Positions 1 through 13,069 are shown, counted from the first letter of the stretch. The stretch is 64,000 bases of DNA from Mustelus asterias (GCF_964213995.1 NW_027590805.1:1-64000), one strand, 5' to 3'. The notes: generated from the sequence alone by a model not told the origin. Numbers and translations are program-made.

Positions 1-217
1 TTTCCTCCGGGTGCTCCGGTTTCCTCCCACAATCCAAAGATGTGCGCGTTAGGCTGATTGGCCAGGTTAAAAATTGCCCCTTAGAGTCCTGAGATGCGTA
101 GGTTTGAGGGATTAGCGGGTAAATATGTGGGGGTAGGGCCTGGGTGGGATTGTGGTCGGTGCAGACTCGATGGGCCGAATGGCCTCCTTCTGCACTGTAG
201 GGTTTCTATGATTCTAT
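1..217 (+). mobile_element. HE1-type tRNA-derived SINE, 3' part (cut by window edge)
   Basis: Body 'gggtgctccggtttcctcccaca...gctaaattgcccct' and CR1-like tail 'gatgggccgaatggcctccttctgcactgtagg...tctatgattctat', matching other copies in the window. Confidence 0.85.
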
Positions 218-689
218 AGTATATGAGATCTGAAGAAACATTCAACTAAATGCTACCAGGCACCTGATATGCTTAACTGTGGAAACCCTTTTCCATTAAG
301 GTCTCAGATTACTACAACAGATATGCATTGTTCTGACTCGACCAGCCGGGCTGTGGAATTAATTGGATGGATCTTCCAGAGAGCCAGCAGAGTCATAATG
401 GGCCAAATGGTTTCTATTTATGCTGTATCATTCTCTAAAAGAGTGAATATTCAGTATCAGGGACAGAGAGAAGAACGAGTGACTGTGCGATTGAACCCAG
501 CCAGGATCAGCACCATAAAGGGAGGAGTGAGAGGGAAACGGTATAAAAGCTTTGAAACTATTGCATGGCCTTGCAGCAGAACGTTGAGAAATGGAGCACA
601 GCAGATCACCAATTCTCAATATTTCATTAACTTACCTCATGCTGACAATGTTATTTTGAACTAACTATATGAAGTTTCAATGGCGCTTA

Positions 690-1170
690 TTACCCAGCAT
701 TCGCTGCGGGTGTGAAAGTGCCCTATTCACTCCACAGGAGCCCAGTACGCAGACGCAGCGTTGTATCTGGGGCATGCGCAGTGTCACTTTGCTCGGAGCC
801 CTGCGAGTGTGGAGATGCTTATTTCAAGGGGTGAGAGTCGGTGGGGCGGAGGGAGGAATGGAGCCGGGAGTCGGGGTGGGGAGGGAGCAGAGGCTTCATA
901 AACATATGCTGTAGGCCGCAAGGCCTGAATAAGAGCCTTCCGGTCCCGGGTTTGCAGCTGCGGGGATTTTATCCGGGATCAGGCCCAGTGCCGCGGCCGC
1001 CATCTTTGTTTAGCGGGGAGCAGAGCGCATGCGCGGCCAGTGGGCGGAGCTTCAGGATTTGGGTGACCAGGAGAGACAATGTTTGAGTCATTGACTGACA
1101 GGCCGGGTTAATGGATGCTGCCTTTCACCTTCTCAATTTGGAGCGGCGGCTCGCCGTCTTTTATACACTT
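690..1170 (+). promoter_or_regulatory. CpG-rich promoter region, probably of the downstream zinc-finger gene
   Basis: Locally GC/CpG-rich. NRF1-type palindrome GCGCATGCGC at about 1025-1034, GCATGCGCA at about 772, and GC boxes (GGGCGG) at about 844 and 1042. Link to the ZNF gene is inferred from position. Confidence 0.55.
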
Positions 1171-1723
1171 TAATCATACAGACATTAGCGGTTACTTCGT
1201 CATTAGCTTTGGGTGGTGACATGTACTTAGCCAATTGGGCTCCCCTAGCAACAATTGACCTCCAATCACATTCCTTCAAAAACAAGTTTCAGTTCCGCTT
1301 TATCTGAAGCTAAGCTGACCATCTGGACCTCGCGGTCTGGTTTTTTTTGTCTGTTCCGTATTTTTTCTACAATAACAGGATGTAGCTCAAAGGTTAGTTT
1401 GTTATTGAGTCAGCAACAGAATCTTTGTTAACCACAGGATAAGTGCTGGTGCAGCCTGTAGTCACGTACGCATTAACTTTCAAAGGTCGCAGTCTTAATT
1501 TCACTCCAACAATCACATCTCATTTATCTAAAATCCAATGAGCACAGATGTACCCTGCCTAACCTTTCCTCATAAAACAGACCCCTTCATGCCCGAAATC
1601 AGCTCGTGAACCTTGTCTGAATTGCTTCCAATGTAAGTATATTCCATCTTAAGTAATCTTATGCTAGAAAACAGGAGGGGAGAATGTTATGGATTTATAT
1701 TCGGGTCTGACAAATGACTGTTG

Positions 1724-2060
1724 GGGGTGACACAGTGGTTTGCACTTCTGTCTCAAAGCGCCAGAGACCCGGTTCAATTCCAGCCTCGGCTGATTGTCTG
1801 TATGGAGTTTGCACATTCTCCCTCTGTCTGTGTGGGTTTCCTCTGGGTGCTCTGGTTTCCTCCCACACTCCAAAGAGTGGGTTGATCGACCATGCTAAAT
1901 TGTCCCTTTGTGTCTCAAGATGAGGGGGAAGGAAAGGATTAGTGATGTACGTACATCAGGTTACAGGGATAGGGCCTGAGTAAAGGTGCTCTGTTAGAAA
2001 CCTGGTGCAGACTCAAAGGGCTAAAAGGCCTCCTTCTGCACTGCAGAGATTCTGTGATTT
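1724..2060 (+). mobile_element. HE1-type SINE, diverged
   Basis: tRNA-like head (cacagtggtt...ggttcaattcc), 'ggagtttgcacattctccc' core and 'ggcctccttctgcactg' tail. Confidence 0.8.
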
Positions 2061-2195
2061 TGGAATCTCCTTTTACAGATGGTTAGAAAAAGAGGATTTT
2101 TACAGCAATCTCAAAGCCCCAAAAATGTGTATTTCTTAATTTCAAGCCACATTGACACCTGACTCTTGTAATCTCCTTTTGCAGGAGTTAGAATA

Positions 2196-4252
2196 TTTGC
2201 ACTTGACGGTCCATGAGGAGGGCGTGGCCGTTCACTTGCTGAATGTCTACGCCCCAACCGGCGGACCGCAGCAAATGACTTTCTATGAGAAAGTGTCCGC
2301 TCACATCGACACCATCGCGGGGGGCGAATGCATTATCCTCGGGGGAGATTTCAACTGTACCCTCGAGGCACGGGACCGCACCGGCCCCTGGCTGCGCACC
2401 CCGGTGATGGTGAAGTTGCGGGACCTGCTCGGGTCCCACGACTTGGTGGACATTTGGCGACATCTCCATCATGGCTCCAGAGCTTTCACTTATGTGAGGC
2501 CTGGAGTCGGAGCGTCCAGGCCCGACCGCCTTTACATTTCGAGGGCGAACGTGTCCGGCGTGTCTTCGGCTCCATGCGGCTGGTGTCGTGCACGGACCAC
2601 AGCCTGATGTGGGCGGACTTTTTGCCGTCTCGCGTCCGGCGGGGGCCCGCGTACTGGCACTTTAACAACATGCTGCTGGAGGACGAGCGCTTCCTGGACT
2701 CGTTCCGTCGATTCTGGGCCGGCTGGAGAAGGAAGCGGGGAGGCTTCCCCTCCTTGAGGCTCTGGTGGGATGTGGGCAAGACTCACGTCCGTACCTTCTG
2801 TCAGGAGTACGCAAGGGGGTCGACAAAGGGACGGAAATCCAGGCTCGAGGAGTTGGAGAAGGAGGTGCTCGACCTGGAGGCACGTCTCAGTCGGCCTGAC
2901 GCGGACCCGGCCCTGCGTTCGGAGTACAGGGAGAAGAAGGACGCGCTGCGGGACCTGCAGCTTGCCAGGTCTCGCGGCGCGTACGTGAGGTCACGGCTCC
3001 AGTTCCAGGTGGACCTGGACCGCGGCTCCCCCTTCTTCTACTCGCTGGAAAGAGGGCGGGCTAACCGTCAGCAGCTCCTTATGCTGCTGGCCGACGACGG
3101 TTCCCCCGTCTCGGATCCCGAGGGCATCCGGGCCATTGCCCGGGATGATTGCACCTCCCTCTTCTCTCCGGATCTGTCCAGCGAGGATTCCCACAGACTT
3201 CTGTGGGAGGACCTGCCGCAGGTCAGCCCGGAGGGCGTCGGCAAGCTTGAAGCCCCCACCACCATGGCCGAGCTGACCGGCGCCCTCAATGGCCTCAGTC
3301 GGGGCAAGGCCCCGGGGCTGGACGGGCTGACAGTAGAGTTCTTCAGGGCGTTCTGGGACGTCCTGGGGAGCGACTACGCGGGGGTCCTGGGGGAGAGCAT
3401 TGCTCCCGGGGAGATGCCCTTTCGTGGCACAGGGCTGTCATTGCCCTGCTGCCCAACAAGATCTATGCCTCCTAAAAAACTGGCGCTCGGTCTCCTTCCT
3501 CAGCACGGATTATACAATCTTTGCCAAGGCTATTGCTTCATGCCTTGGATCCGTGCTGGACCACATGATCCACCCTGACCAGTCCTACATGGTCCCGGGC
3601 CGTTGTATTCACGATAACCTCCACCTGGTCCGGGACCTAATCGGGGACGTGCTCGATGGCGGAGGGGCAGGCTGGATGAGTCCCCACGTGCTGGCTGAGC
3701 GCACGGGGATGACAATCCGGCACGCGGCCAAAGCCATCCGAGACCTTAGTACAGTCGTGCTCGGCCCCGAAAATACAAACTCGAGGCGGCGCAGGCGTGC
3801 GGTGGGATCCCGCCTGAGCGTTCCCCTGTTCGGGCGGAATTCCACATTGGCCCAAATCCTCAACCCCCCTCCCTGGGTGAGGTGCCCCACAGCCTGAGCC
3901 GCCTCGCGGAAATGTCCTCCGTGCCTTTTTCTACCGCGCGGAGGCGTTTCCTGTGCGGGCTGCTGCTGCACACCTTCCACTACCGCTTCCTCGCCTGTCG
4001 CCCGGATACACCTTGACGGGCCTTGTTGCCACCGTGTGGCGGAGGTCCCCCCTGGAGGTCCCTCTACGCAGGGATCTCCCCCAATTATGTCGGGGACCTG
4101 GGGTGGAGGGTGGTGCATGCAGCAGTTCCTCACAACCTTAGGATTCACTGGTTCACGGGCTCCGAAGACTGCCCTTTCTGTGGCCTTGCAGAGTCCGTCG
4201 AACATGTCTATGTTGTGTGTCTTAGGCTGCACTCCATTTTTGTTTCCCTAAA
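2196..4252 (+). mobile_element. Tx1-clade (L1 superfamily) non-LTR retrotransposon ORF2, 5'-truncated, frameshifted and internally deleted
   Basis: APE endonuclease motifs (NVYAP, GGDFNC, DIWR, TDHS), WHFNNMLL, WWDVGK, early RT motifs (KAPGLDGL, KNWRSVS, HPDQSY, HLVRDLI) and a C-terminal CPFC...H..VVC zinc knuckle. Strongly GC/CpG-rich compared with flanks. Confidence 0.85.
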
Positions 4253-4489
4253 GAACCCAGCAGGACCCAAGGACTCATCAGCCCACAGCTCCAACAGTTT
4301 GCTGAGGACCACTTCCCTGGTACTTGTGCTTTTTCAGAGTTCATCCCACACTTCTGTTTTCTGATTTCCAGCTGTTTCTGAGTTATAACTGTACCTCTAT
4401 TGTGAACACCGAGGCAAAATACTTGTTCAATTCATCTCCCAGCTCCTTATTTTTCATTATCAATTCCTGGACTCACTTTCTATTAGACA

Positions 4490-5070
4490 GTTAAGAAATG
4501 AGGTCGAGCAAGTGACTGAAGTGTCAGTCAGGGAGCACTATTGGGAGCACCAATAGTTTCAAAATATTTCTGGAAAAAGATGGGAGCAGGGCCACTTTTG
4601 TGGGCATTAGGCAGGATCTAGCAGATGTTGATTAGGTGAGTTTGTTTGAAGGGAAAGGAATGACTGGCAAATGGGAGGTTTTAAAAGTGTGATATCAAGA
4701 ATCCAGGGGCAGTATATTCCTGTGAAGATGCAGGGAAAGAATGGTAAATTTAGGGATCTCTGGCAGACAAGGGACATTGAGGCTCTGGTCAGGTAAAAGA
4801 AGGAAGCATACATTGGGTTTAAAGATTAAAGAAAATTCCAAGAGGTACTATAGCTATATTAAGAGTAAAAGGGTGGCTCGAGAGGGAATAGATCCCCTTA
4901 AAAATCAGTATGGCCATCTCTGTGTGGAGCCACAGGAGATGGATGAGATTTTTAATGAATACTTCTCCTCTGTGTTTACTGCGGAGAGCACCATGGATGC
5001 TAAAGAAATAAGGGAAACAAGTGGTGATGTCTTGGGCGCACGCATGTTACTTGGGAGGAGGTATCTGCAG
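4490..5070 (+). mobile_element. CR1 LINE fragment (ORF2 linker region), degraded
   Basis: IKENSKRYYSYIKSKRVAREGIDPLK...EPQEMDEIFNEYFSSVFT, homologous to the other CR1 copies in the window. Confidence 0.8.
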
Positions 5071-5075
5071 CCTTA

Positions 5076-5260
5076 TAAAAGCAAATTACTGCGGATGCTG
5101 GAATCTGAAACCAAGAGAGAAAATGCTGGAAAATCTCAGCAGGTCTGGCAGCCTCTGTAAGGAGAGAAAAGAGCTGATGTTTCTTGTCCAGATGACCCTT
5201 TGTCAAAGCTCTGAAACATCAGTTCTTTTCTATCCATACAGATGCTGCCAGATCTGCTGA
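5076..5260. mobile_element. Penelope-like short inverted-repeat element
   Basis: 'gcaaattactgcggatgctggaatctgaaac...gctggaaaatctcagcaggtctggcagc' followed by a partial inverted copy; same family at 14997 and 24938. Penelope assignment is from memory of shark repeats. Confidence 0.55.
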
Positions 5261-5747
5261 GAATGGGGAGAGAGTGTGTGGGATGGAGATTTACAGCTTT
5301 TGGGGAATGAGAGAGGAATGAATGTTCCGTAGAAATTGTCTGTTCTGAATTTCTATCCTGTACTGACACTGATGACATTTGGAAACTCATTTTACAGGAT
5401 ATTGAAAGAGGAATCACAGGCCGAAATCTCAAACTTCACGTCTCGATCTGACAGAGTCTTATTCCTTGGGACCTCAATATCATCGGACTTTGAATCCAGA
5501 AGGAGAAATGATTGTCCAGTCTGTCGATTTGAAAAGATTTGAAATGTCAGTGTGAGTGAAAAAGCATCAACACACTGCCACACTCGAGTGAGAGTGTTCC
5601 AATGCACTGACTAAAGAGCTTTAACCAGTTACACAGTCTGAATAAATATCACACCATTCACAGCGGGTAGAGACTGTAATCTTGTTCTGCATGTGGACGA
5701 AATTCAACTAATTGTCCACCCAAGAGAGAGGTAAGGACACCTGCATC

Positions 5748-6674
5748 ATGGAGAAACCATGGAAATGTGTGGACTGTGGGAAGGGATACAGAACCCCATC
5801 AGAGCTGGAAGCTCATCGGCGCAGTCACACTGGGGAGAGGCCGTTCATCTGCTCTCAGTGTGAGAAGGGATTCATTCAGTTCTCCAGCTTACAGATACAC
5901 CAGCGAGTTCACACTGGGGAAAGGCCATTCACCTGCTCTCAGTGTGGGAAGGGATTCACTTGTTCATCCAACCTGCGGACACACGAACGGGTTCACACAG
6001 GGGAGAGGCCGTTCACATGCTCTCAATGTGGGAAGGGATTCACTCGATTATCCGACCTGCAGATACACCAGCGAGTTCACACTGGGGAGAAACCATTCAC
6101 CTGCTCTCAATGTGGGAAGGGATTCATTCAGTTATCAGACTTGCAGAGACACCAGCGAGTTCACACTGGAGAGAGGCCGTTCACCTGTTCTCAGTGTACC
6201 AAGGGATTCGCTCGATTATCCGAACTGCGGACACACCAGCGAGTTCACACTGGGGAGAAACCATTCACCTGCTCTCAGTGTGGGAAGGGATTCACTGTGT
6301 CATCCAACCTGCAGACACACCAGCGAGTTCACACTGGGGAGAAACCATTCACCTGCTCTCAGTGTGGGAAGGGATTCAGTCGGTCAACCCACCTGCGGAC
6401 ACACCAGCGAGTTCACACAGGGGAGAGGCCATTCACCTGCTCTCAGTGTGGGAAGGGTTTCAGCGTTTCATCCCAGCTGCTGAGACACCAGCGAGCTCAC
6501 ACTGGGGAGAAACCATTCATCTGCTCTCAGTGTGGAAAGGGATTCACTCAGTTATCCAACCTGCGGACACACCAGAGAGTTCACACTGGGGAGAGGCCGT
6601 TCACCTGCTCTCAGTGTGGGAAGGGATTCACTCGGTTAACCCACCTGCGGATACACCAGCAAGTTCACGAGTGA
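5748..6674 (+). CDS. C2H2 zinc-finger protein with 11 tandem fingers and no recognisable KRAB domain
   Basis: ORF 5712-6674, first ATG at 5748 (MEKPWKC). Eleven C-x2-C-x12-H-x3-H fingers joined by TGE(K/R)PF linkers. Acceptor-like sites at about 2078, 2184 and 5398 suggest non-coding 5' exons; decayed finger-like remnants at about 5500-5710. Confidence 0.9.
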   Translation: MEKPWKCVDCGKGYRTPSELEAHRRSHTGERPFICSQCEKGFIQFSSLQIHQRVHTGERPFTCSQCGKGFTCSSNLRTHERVHTGERPFTCSQCGKGFTRLSDLQIHQRVHTGEKPFTCSQCGKGFIQLSDLQRHQRVHTGERPFTCSQCTKGFARLSELRTHQRVHTGEKPFTCSQCGKGFTVSSNLQTHQRVHTGEKPFTCSQCGKGFSRSTHLRTHQRVHTGERPFTCSQCGKGFSVSSQLLRHQRAHTGEKPFICSQCGKGFTQLSNLRTHQRVHTGERPFTCSQCGKGFTRLTHLRIHQQVHE

Positions 6675-6929
6675 TGACAGTGGTTGGATTCTGCTGTTAT
6701 TGTTTCTGCTCTCAGTTGCATCCAGGACTGCATTTTGTTCATTCTCACAGTTGGTCAATGGGAAGGGCCAGAGGCTTTCTTTGTGCTGGACTGGCCGGTC
6801 TCAGCCTCCAGTGGGCTGATGCTCTTTGAGTCTTTTTGCGAATACATGGTTTCAAATGTCACAAGGATCACAGAGTGACAGGGTGTTAGGAAGTTTAGAG
6901 ATATTTAGTCAGAAGAAAACAGAGGTTGG

Positions 6930-7958
6930 CAGTGCAAAGGTACATTTCTGAATGGAGGGCTGTGACAAGTGACGTTCCTCAGGGATCAGTGCTGGGACTT
7001 TTGCTGTTTGTAATGGATATAAATGATTTGGAGGAAAATGTAACTGATTTGATTGGTAAGTTTGTGGACGACACAAAGGTTGGTGGAGTTGCGGATAGCG
7101 ATGGGGACCGGCAGAGGATACAGCAGGATATAGATCAGTTGGAGACTTGGGCGGAGAGATGGCAGATGAAGTTTAATCTGGACAAATGTGAGGTAATACA
7201 TTTTGGAAGGACTAATACAGATGGGAAATATACAGTAAATGGCAGAACCCTGAAGAGTATTCATAGGCAGAGGGATCTGGGTGTACAGGTACACAGGTCA
7301 TTGAAAGTGGTAATGCAGGTGGAGAAGATAATCAAGAAGGCATACGGCATGCTTGCCTTCATCGGCCGGGGCATTGAGTTTAAAAATTGGCAAGTCATGT
7401 TGCAGCTTTATTGAACCTTTGTTGGACCGCACTTGGAATCAATTCTGATCACCACACTACCAGAAGAATGTGGAGGCTTTGGAGAGGGTACGGAAAATAT
7501 TTATCAGGATGTTGCCTGGTGTGGAGGGCATTAGCTATGAGGAGAGGTTGGAGAAACTTGGTTTGTTCTCACTGGAACGACGGAGGTTGAGGGGGGGGCG
7601 ACCTGATAGAAGTCTACAAGATTATGAGGGGCATGGACAGAGTGGATAATCAGAAGCTTTTTCCCAGGGTGGAAGAGTCAATTACTCGGGACATAAGTTT
7701 AAGGTGCGAGGGGCAAGGTTTAAAGGAGATGTACGAGGCAGGTCTTTTTACACAGAGGGTGGTGGGTGCCAGGAACCCGTTGCTGGTGAAGGTAGTGGAA
7801 GCAGATAAGATAGTGACTTTTCAGATGTGTCTTGACAAATATATGAATAGCATAGGAATAGAGGGATATGGTCCCCGGAAAGGGTAGGGGGTTTTGCGAC
7901 AGGCTTGGAGAGCCAAAGGGCTTGTTTCTGTGCTGGAATTTTCTTTGTTCTTCGTTCT
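6930..7958 (+). mobile_element. CR1 LINE 3' fragment (RT C-terminal half and tail), disrupted
   Basis: VPQGSVLG, KFVDDTK, DLGVQV motifs; stop codons and frameshifts; tail 'tttctttgttcttcgttct'. Confidence 0.9.
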
Positions 7959-8604
7959 GTTTGGAACATCCCAAATGCCCATCCAATTTCCTTTTTAATT
8001 GTTTATTGTCTCCACTTCCTCCTCCCTCGTAGGCAGCGAGTTCCAGGTCATTACCATTCGCTGCATCAGAATATTCTTCCTAACATCTCAACCCCCCCAC
8101 TGCCCCCCTTGCACCTCTGACCCAAAACAAGAAATCTGTGTCTCCCCTTGCCCTTGTCCCTTCAGCTAATGGGAACAGCTTTTCTTTGTCCACCTTATCT
8201 AAACCTGTCAGAATCTTGTCCACCTCTATCAAATCTCCCCTCAACCTCTTTTGCTCCAAGGGGAACAAACCCAGCCTGACATCGACAATAAAAACAAACT
8301 AACAGAATATGTTACTGTCTGAAATCAAATGGGAATGTTTAATTTCTGTTTTAAAGATATTGTGAAGATATTGTCCTGGACAAAAAAGGAATTGGAATAA
8401 CTCACCTTGGGAGTGGTTGAATGGAATATATCAATCTGATATCCACGTACAGTCTCATGAAAGTCTGGAATATGCAGCTGGAAGTCCCTTCCTAACAGCA
8501 CTGTGGGTGGACGTATACCTCAGGCATTGCAGCAGTTCAAGAAGGGGTTGGGGTTGACCATGGCCAAGGCAGCTACATACAGCCACATATTCTGTTATAA
8601 TTGA

Positions 8605-8965
8605 GGGGGCGGCACGGTAGCACAGTGGTGGGGTGGCACGGTAGCTCAGTGGTTAGCACTGCTGCTTCACAGCTCCAGGGACCTGGGTTCGATTCCCGGC
8701 TTGGGTCACTGTCTGTGTGGAGTTTGCACATTTTCCTCGTGTCTCCTCGTGTCTGGGTGCTCCGGTTTCCTCCCACAGTCCAAAAATGTGTGGGTTAGGC
8801 TGATTGGCTATGCTAAAATTGCCCCTTAGTGTCCTGGGATGCATAGATTAGAGGGATTAGCAGGTAAAATATGTAGGGATATGGGGGTCGGGCCTGGGTG
8901 AGATTGTGGTCGGTGCAGACTCGATGGGCCGAATGGCCTTTTTCTGTACTGTAGGGTTTCTATGA
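8605..8965 (+). mobile_element. HE1-type SINE, full length, with duplicated head
   Basis: 'ggggcggcacggtagcacagtggt' then 'gggtggcacggtagctcagtggttagc', B box 'ggttcgattcc', CR1-like tail. Confidence 0.9.
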
Positions 8966-10374
8966 CTGCAGATTGAATGTGAGGCATTGTGGGACTGGAC
9001 TATCTTGACCATATTCCTGTGACTGCCCGGAAACTCATGTCTATTTTAGTTTATAATTGAGGTTTTCTGGGAATAAGTTAAATGCGGAAATATTAAGCAT
9101 AGCCTGGAGGGATTTGGAATAACTGAGAATTTTATCCCCAGATAAAGAACAAAGATTTTGCTGGTGTTTGGGTGTAACGTGTTTGGGATTTTAAATCAAC
9201 AAAGATGTTGCCTCTAAAATCAGTCCTTGTAAGTTGGCTTAAAAAAGGTTAAGTTATAATGAAGGAGCTTGTATCTTAGTTTAATCAAGGAGTTGTGAGC
9301 TTGTAGTGCTCTGTCGCTTGAAGAAGCTATAGCTGCAAGAGAGAATGCTGAGGATTCATTGTTTGAAATTTACGAGCTGTGAGAATCTATGTGTTTTGTT
9401 TGTTTTATGTGGATGTAAATGTGTTTTATCATTGTTTTGGGCTACATTTGTTGATCACAAGAACGCTTAAGGAATTAATTTTGGTTACTGTTGTTGTAAA
9501 GCACATACTAAGTTTCTCTATTTGTGTGTGGATGATATTCGTGGGATTTGTGCGAGGTTTTTTGTCTGTGATTTAAATCAAACAGATTTTTAAAAAAAGG
9601 AAGTGGAATTAATAAAACTTTTTTTGTTCAGAAGTTATGAACCTGGAACCATATTTACTGGCCAGAGACAGGATTCCAGGATATTTTACAAAACATGTGG
9701 GAATTTTAATCCAGATAAAACTCACTCATGAGAGAATGAGAGTTTTAATTTGTAATGGTTATTTAAAATTTGATACATATGAAACGATTCCGACCAATCC
9801 TGTGTTGGATTGATCTTGGGTTAAACTTCCTGTCAGGTCCAAAGATTTATTCCTGACGCAAGTAACACAATGACAAGGAAAATTTTGGAATTGGATACTG
9901 AAGAAAAGAGTTTAAAAGGAGAGAGTATTAAATAGAAATGATTCCCAGACCATGTGGTCGTCAGATTAAAACAAAGGAAGGGTGCTGACATCCATTTGAG
10001 AACTTTTAATCCACCCCATTTCAAACTAAGGGAGTCTATATACAAAACCCAAGGATGGTAGATAAGGGGGTCTGGAAAGCACCATGATGGGGGCACCTGT
10101 CTATGAGATGATCAAAAAGCCCCATAATGCCCAGATACTAATTTTATTGAACCTATAATGTCTGTAATCTATCACCATTCTGATTGGATTGTGTCCAGCC
10201 GGGATGGGCTGAGTAACTGGATAAGAATTGATGATTTTCTTTGTTGGGTGGAGTTGCACATGGTCAGCCCCTGTGGCTTCTCCCCACTGGCGTAACTCAA
10301 TAAACTGTTTGTTGTTTGAATCAGACTCGAGTGTTGAATGATTCTTCTGAGTTCATTCCCCCCAACACACTGGG

Positions 10375-11430
10375 TACATTACCACTTCATCCTTGGGGGT
10401 GGTCTGATAGGCTGTGGTCCAGACATGTGGACTTTGGGGGACCTTTGATGAATCACATGTTTGGTCGTTGTAGATGCGCATTCAAAATGGTTGGAAGCAC
10501 AGATTATGAGTAATATTCCAGCTCCTGTGACAATAGAGAAGCTCTGTCAAATTTTCACAAGCCCTGGGTTACCAGATTCGCTTGTTTCAGATAACGACAC
10601 TCTGTTTATAAGTGAGTTGTTTCAGGAATTCTTGTAAAGGAATGGTCTACGCCATGTGCGTACTGCACCGTTTCATCGGGCTACAAACGGTCGAGCAGAA
10701 AGAGCTGTTCAACCTCTGAAGGAGGGATTGAAGAGAATGGCAGGTGATACTTTAAGAACAAGCTCTCAAAATTTTTGTTCCAGTTTTGCATCACACCACA
10801 ATCTGCAACCAGATTCTCTCCTGCGGAATTTTTAGGTAGAAGGTTGAAGTCTCATCCGGATCTGCTTCATCCAGGTCTCAGAGCAAAAGTGAGCAGGAGA
10901 CAAGAGAAGCAGAAGGAAGGACACGACTACCGCGCCAAAGAGAGGCAGTTCAAACCGGGTGATCAGGTTTACATCAGAAACTTTGGGAGTAACTAAAGGT
11001 GGTTACCGGGAATAATTTTAAACCAAAGTGGTCCAGTATCTTGGGTGGTGAGACTGTAAAATGGAAGAGTTGTTCGCAGACACCAAGACCATATTCGCTT
11101 GCGGTGTGACCCCGAGTCAGGAACAGTTTCAGAGTCAGCAACCATTACTGAGAACATGGCAGAGGGTCATGCTGCTGTGGATGTTCACCAGGAAATGGTT
11201 CCAGCTTTGCCAGTTGACTCTGCTGTGGGAGTGGAAGAGGAATGTTTATGTACAGATTCTCAAACTACCTCTTCACCTCCCATTCCAGAAACACCATGAC
11301 AAGATTTACCAGTGGTATTGTACAGGTCGCAATGCAACCACAAAGCTGTGACAGACTTCCGTATTGTTAAAGACATTACTTTGTTGTATTTCTGTCCTGA
11401 TGGGGGATTGAAATTTAAGGGGAGGAGAAG
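10375..11430 (+). mobile_element. Gypsy/Ty3 LTR retrotransposon integrase remnant ending in a polypurine tract
   Basis: PLHPWGWSDRLWSRHVDFGGP, VSDN, GRAERAVQ, SPAEFLGRRLKS and FKPGDQVYIRNF in shifting frames; PPT 'aaggggaggagaag' at 11417-11430. Confidence 0.8.
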
Positions 11431-11597
11431 TGTTACAGAGTTCTTCTCAACCTCTCTCCCTTCTGAGCACGTGTGGGCTTTGGGCAGGGTTTCAGTCTGC
11501 AAGTCCAGGCTGGTTCCAATGCTCCTGTTTCATTTTGTGTGCCAATGATTTTTAAACGTTGTTATTCATTTATATAAAGAACATCCTGCTTTTAACA
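11431..11597 (+). mobile_element. Probable 3' LTR of the Gypsy element
   Basis: Starts TGTTA immediately after the PPT and ends TAACA (inverted termini, TG...CA), with an A-rich signal near the end. Confidence 0.55.
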
Positions 11598-11863
11598 ATG
11601 CATTTGACTACCTTATTTGTGGACTGAAGTTTCCACAATTTAAAGCAGGAGATTAGTTAAATGGACAGCCTGAATTGAGAGACAATTAAAGAATAAATGA
11701 TTCATTAATACAGATGTTAGGCTGGAAATGTAAATTTGAACACAAAAGTTTGTAACGTTTAGAATTATAAAGATCCAAGGAATGTTTAAAATGCTGTGGG
11801 GATTATAAAATGTTCCCTTCTGAGGCCGACAGAATAAAAAAAAACAGATAGCAAGACTTGTTA

Positions 11864-12165
11864 GTGTGGCGCGGTGCCAGAGTGGTTAGCACTGCTGCCT
11901 CACAATGTCAGGGACCTGGCTTCGATTCCCGGCTTGGGTGACTGTGCGGAGTCTGCACGTTCTCCCCGTGTCTGCATGGGTGTCCTCCGGGTGCTCCAGT
12001 TTCCTCCCACAGTCCGAAAGACGTGCTGGTTAGGTGCATTAGCCATGTTAAATTCTCAATCAGTGTATCCAATCAGACGCCAGAGTGTGGCAACTAAGGG
12101 ATTTTCACAGGAACTTCATTGCAGTGTTAACATAAGCCTACTGGTGACACTAATAAATAAACTAA
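11864..12165 (+). mobile_element. tRNA-derived SINE, second family (HE1-like head, different tail)
   Basis: tRNA head plus tail 'gccagagtgtggc...gaacttcattgcagtgttaa...gtgacactaataaataaac'; also at 12490 (-) and 24176 (+). Confidence 0.8.
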
Positions 12166-12487
12166 TACTTTGTTAACCTTGACTGGAGGGAATGAATCGG
12201 CTCCTGTTCAAGATGTCTCAACATTGAATGACTGATGTTAACCAATTATTGGTCAACACTCAGGCTACCCCAAGCTAAGAGATATCGTTTGAGAGAAAGA
12301 ATTGTCTTAAAATTCAGACAATGTGTGCAACTTGCTAAAAACCAAACCAGTTTCATTATTGACAAGTTAAAGACCAATTGGCTAATTCCCAACAATTGGC
12401 TGAGCTGGGCTTTCTACATTTTGAAAGTATAAAAAAGGGGATTCAAGAAACCAATTTGGTCGAAGTTTTTCGAAGTTCAAGGTTTTT

Positions 12488-12741
12488 TTAAGTTTATTTA
12501 TTAGAGTCACGCATTCACACTGCAATGAAGTTACTCTGAAAATCCCCCAGTCACCACACTCTGGCGCCTGTTCGGGTAAACTGAGGGAGAATTTAGCATG
12601 CTCAATGTACCTAACCAGCAAGTCCTTCGGTCTGTGGGAGAAAATCCACACAGACAGGGGGAGAATATGCAGACTCTGCACAGACAGTGACCCAAGCCGG
12701 GTCCCTGGCGCTGTGAGGCAGCCGTGCTAACCACTGTGCCC
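12488..12741 (-). mobile_element. tRNA-derived SINE, second family
   Basis: Reverse complement of the 11864 element (tttatttattag...cactgcaatgaagttact...gtgctaaccactgtgcc). Confidence 0.8.
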
Positions 12742-13069
12742 TACAAAGAGGTGTTGAAAGCTGTTGATTTTACAAGTTATCCATGTTTTCGGAGCGGTCA
12801 CTTTTTGTCCTGGCCTGAGAAGGATGGAGAGAAGTCTGTTCAATTGTTCAAGTTAAGCTTTCTCCTTTTACTGTTAATAGATTCTTTGCTTTTTTTATCC
12901 TTCTCTCGTTACATTTTTAATCGTTAATAAACTTTCCAAATTCACCATTTAAAGCATTCTTTCTTGCCATTTGGTTAAGTCACTGGAACCTGGTGTGATT
13001 TACGATTAGTGAGGTTATTGTAAACAAGTGAACCCTATAAATCTTCGTTTAAATAAATCAACAGTTATA

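Noticed and set aside
269-1086. Short ORFs at the window start
   Set aside because: No recognisable domains; they overlap SINE debris and the CpG-rich promoter.
5767-6829. Alternative-frame ORFs over the zinc-finger gene
   Set aside because: By-products of the 84-bp finger periodicity.
8605-8700. SINE heads as tRNA genes
   Set aside because: A and B boxes are present but there is no full cloverleaf, and they continue into SINE bodies.
8970-10370. Possible LTR/ERV-like segment
   Set aside because: AT-rich with an AATAAA and an LTR-like end near 10300-10368, but no paired LTR or coding motif that I could confirm.
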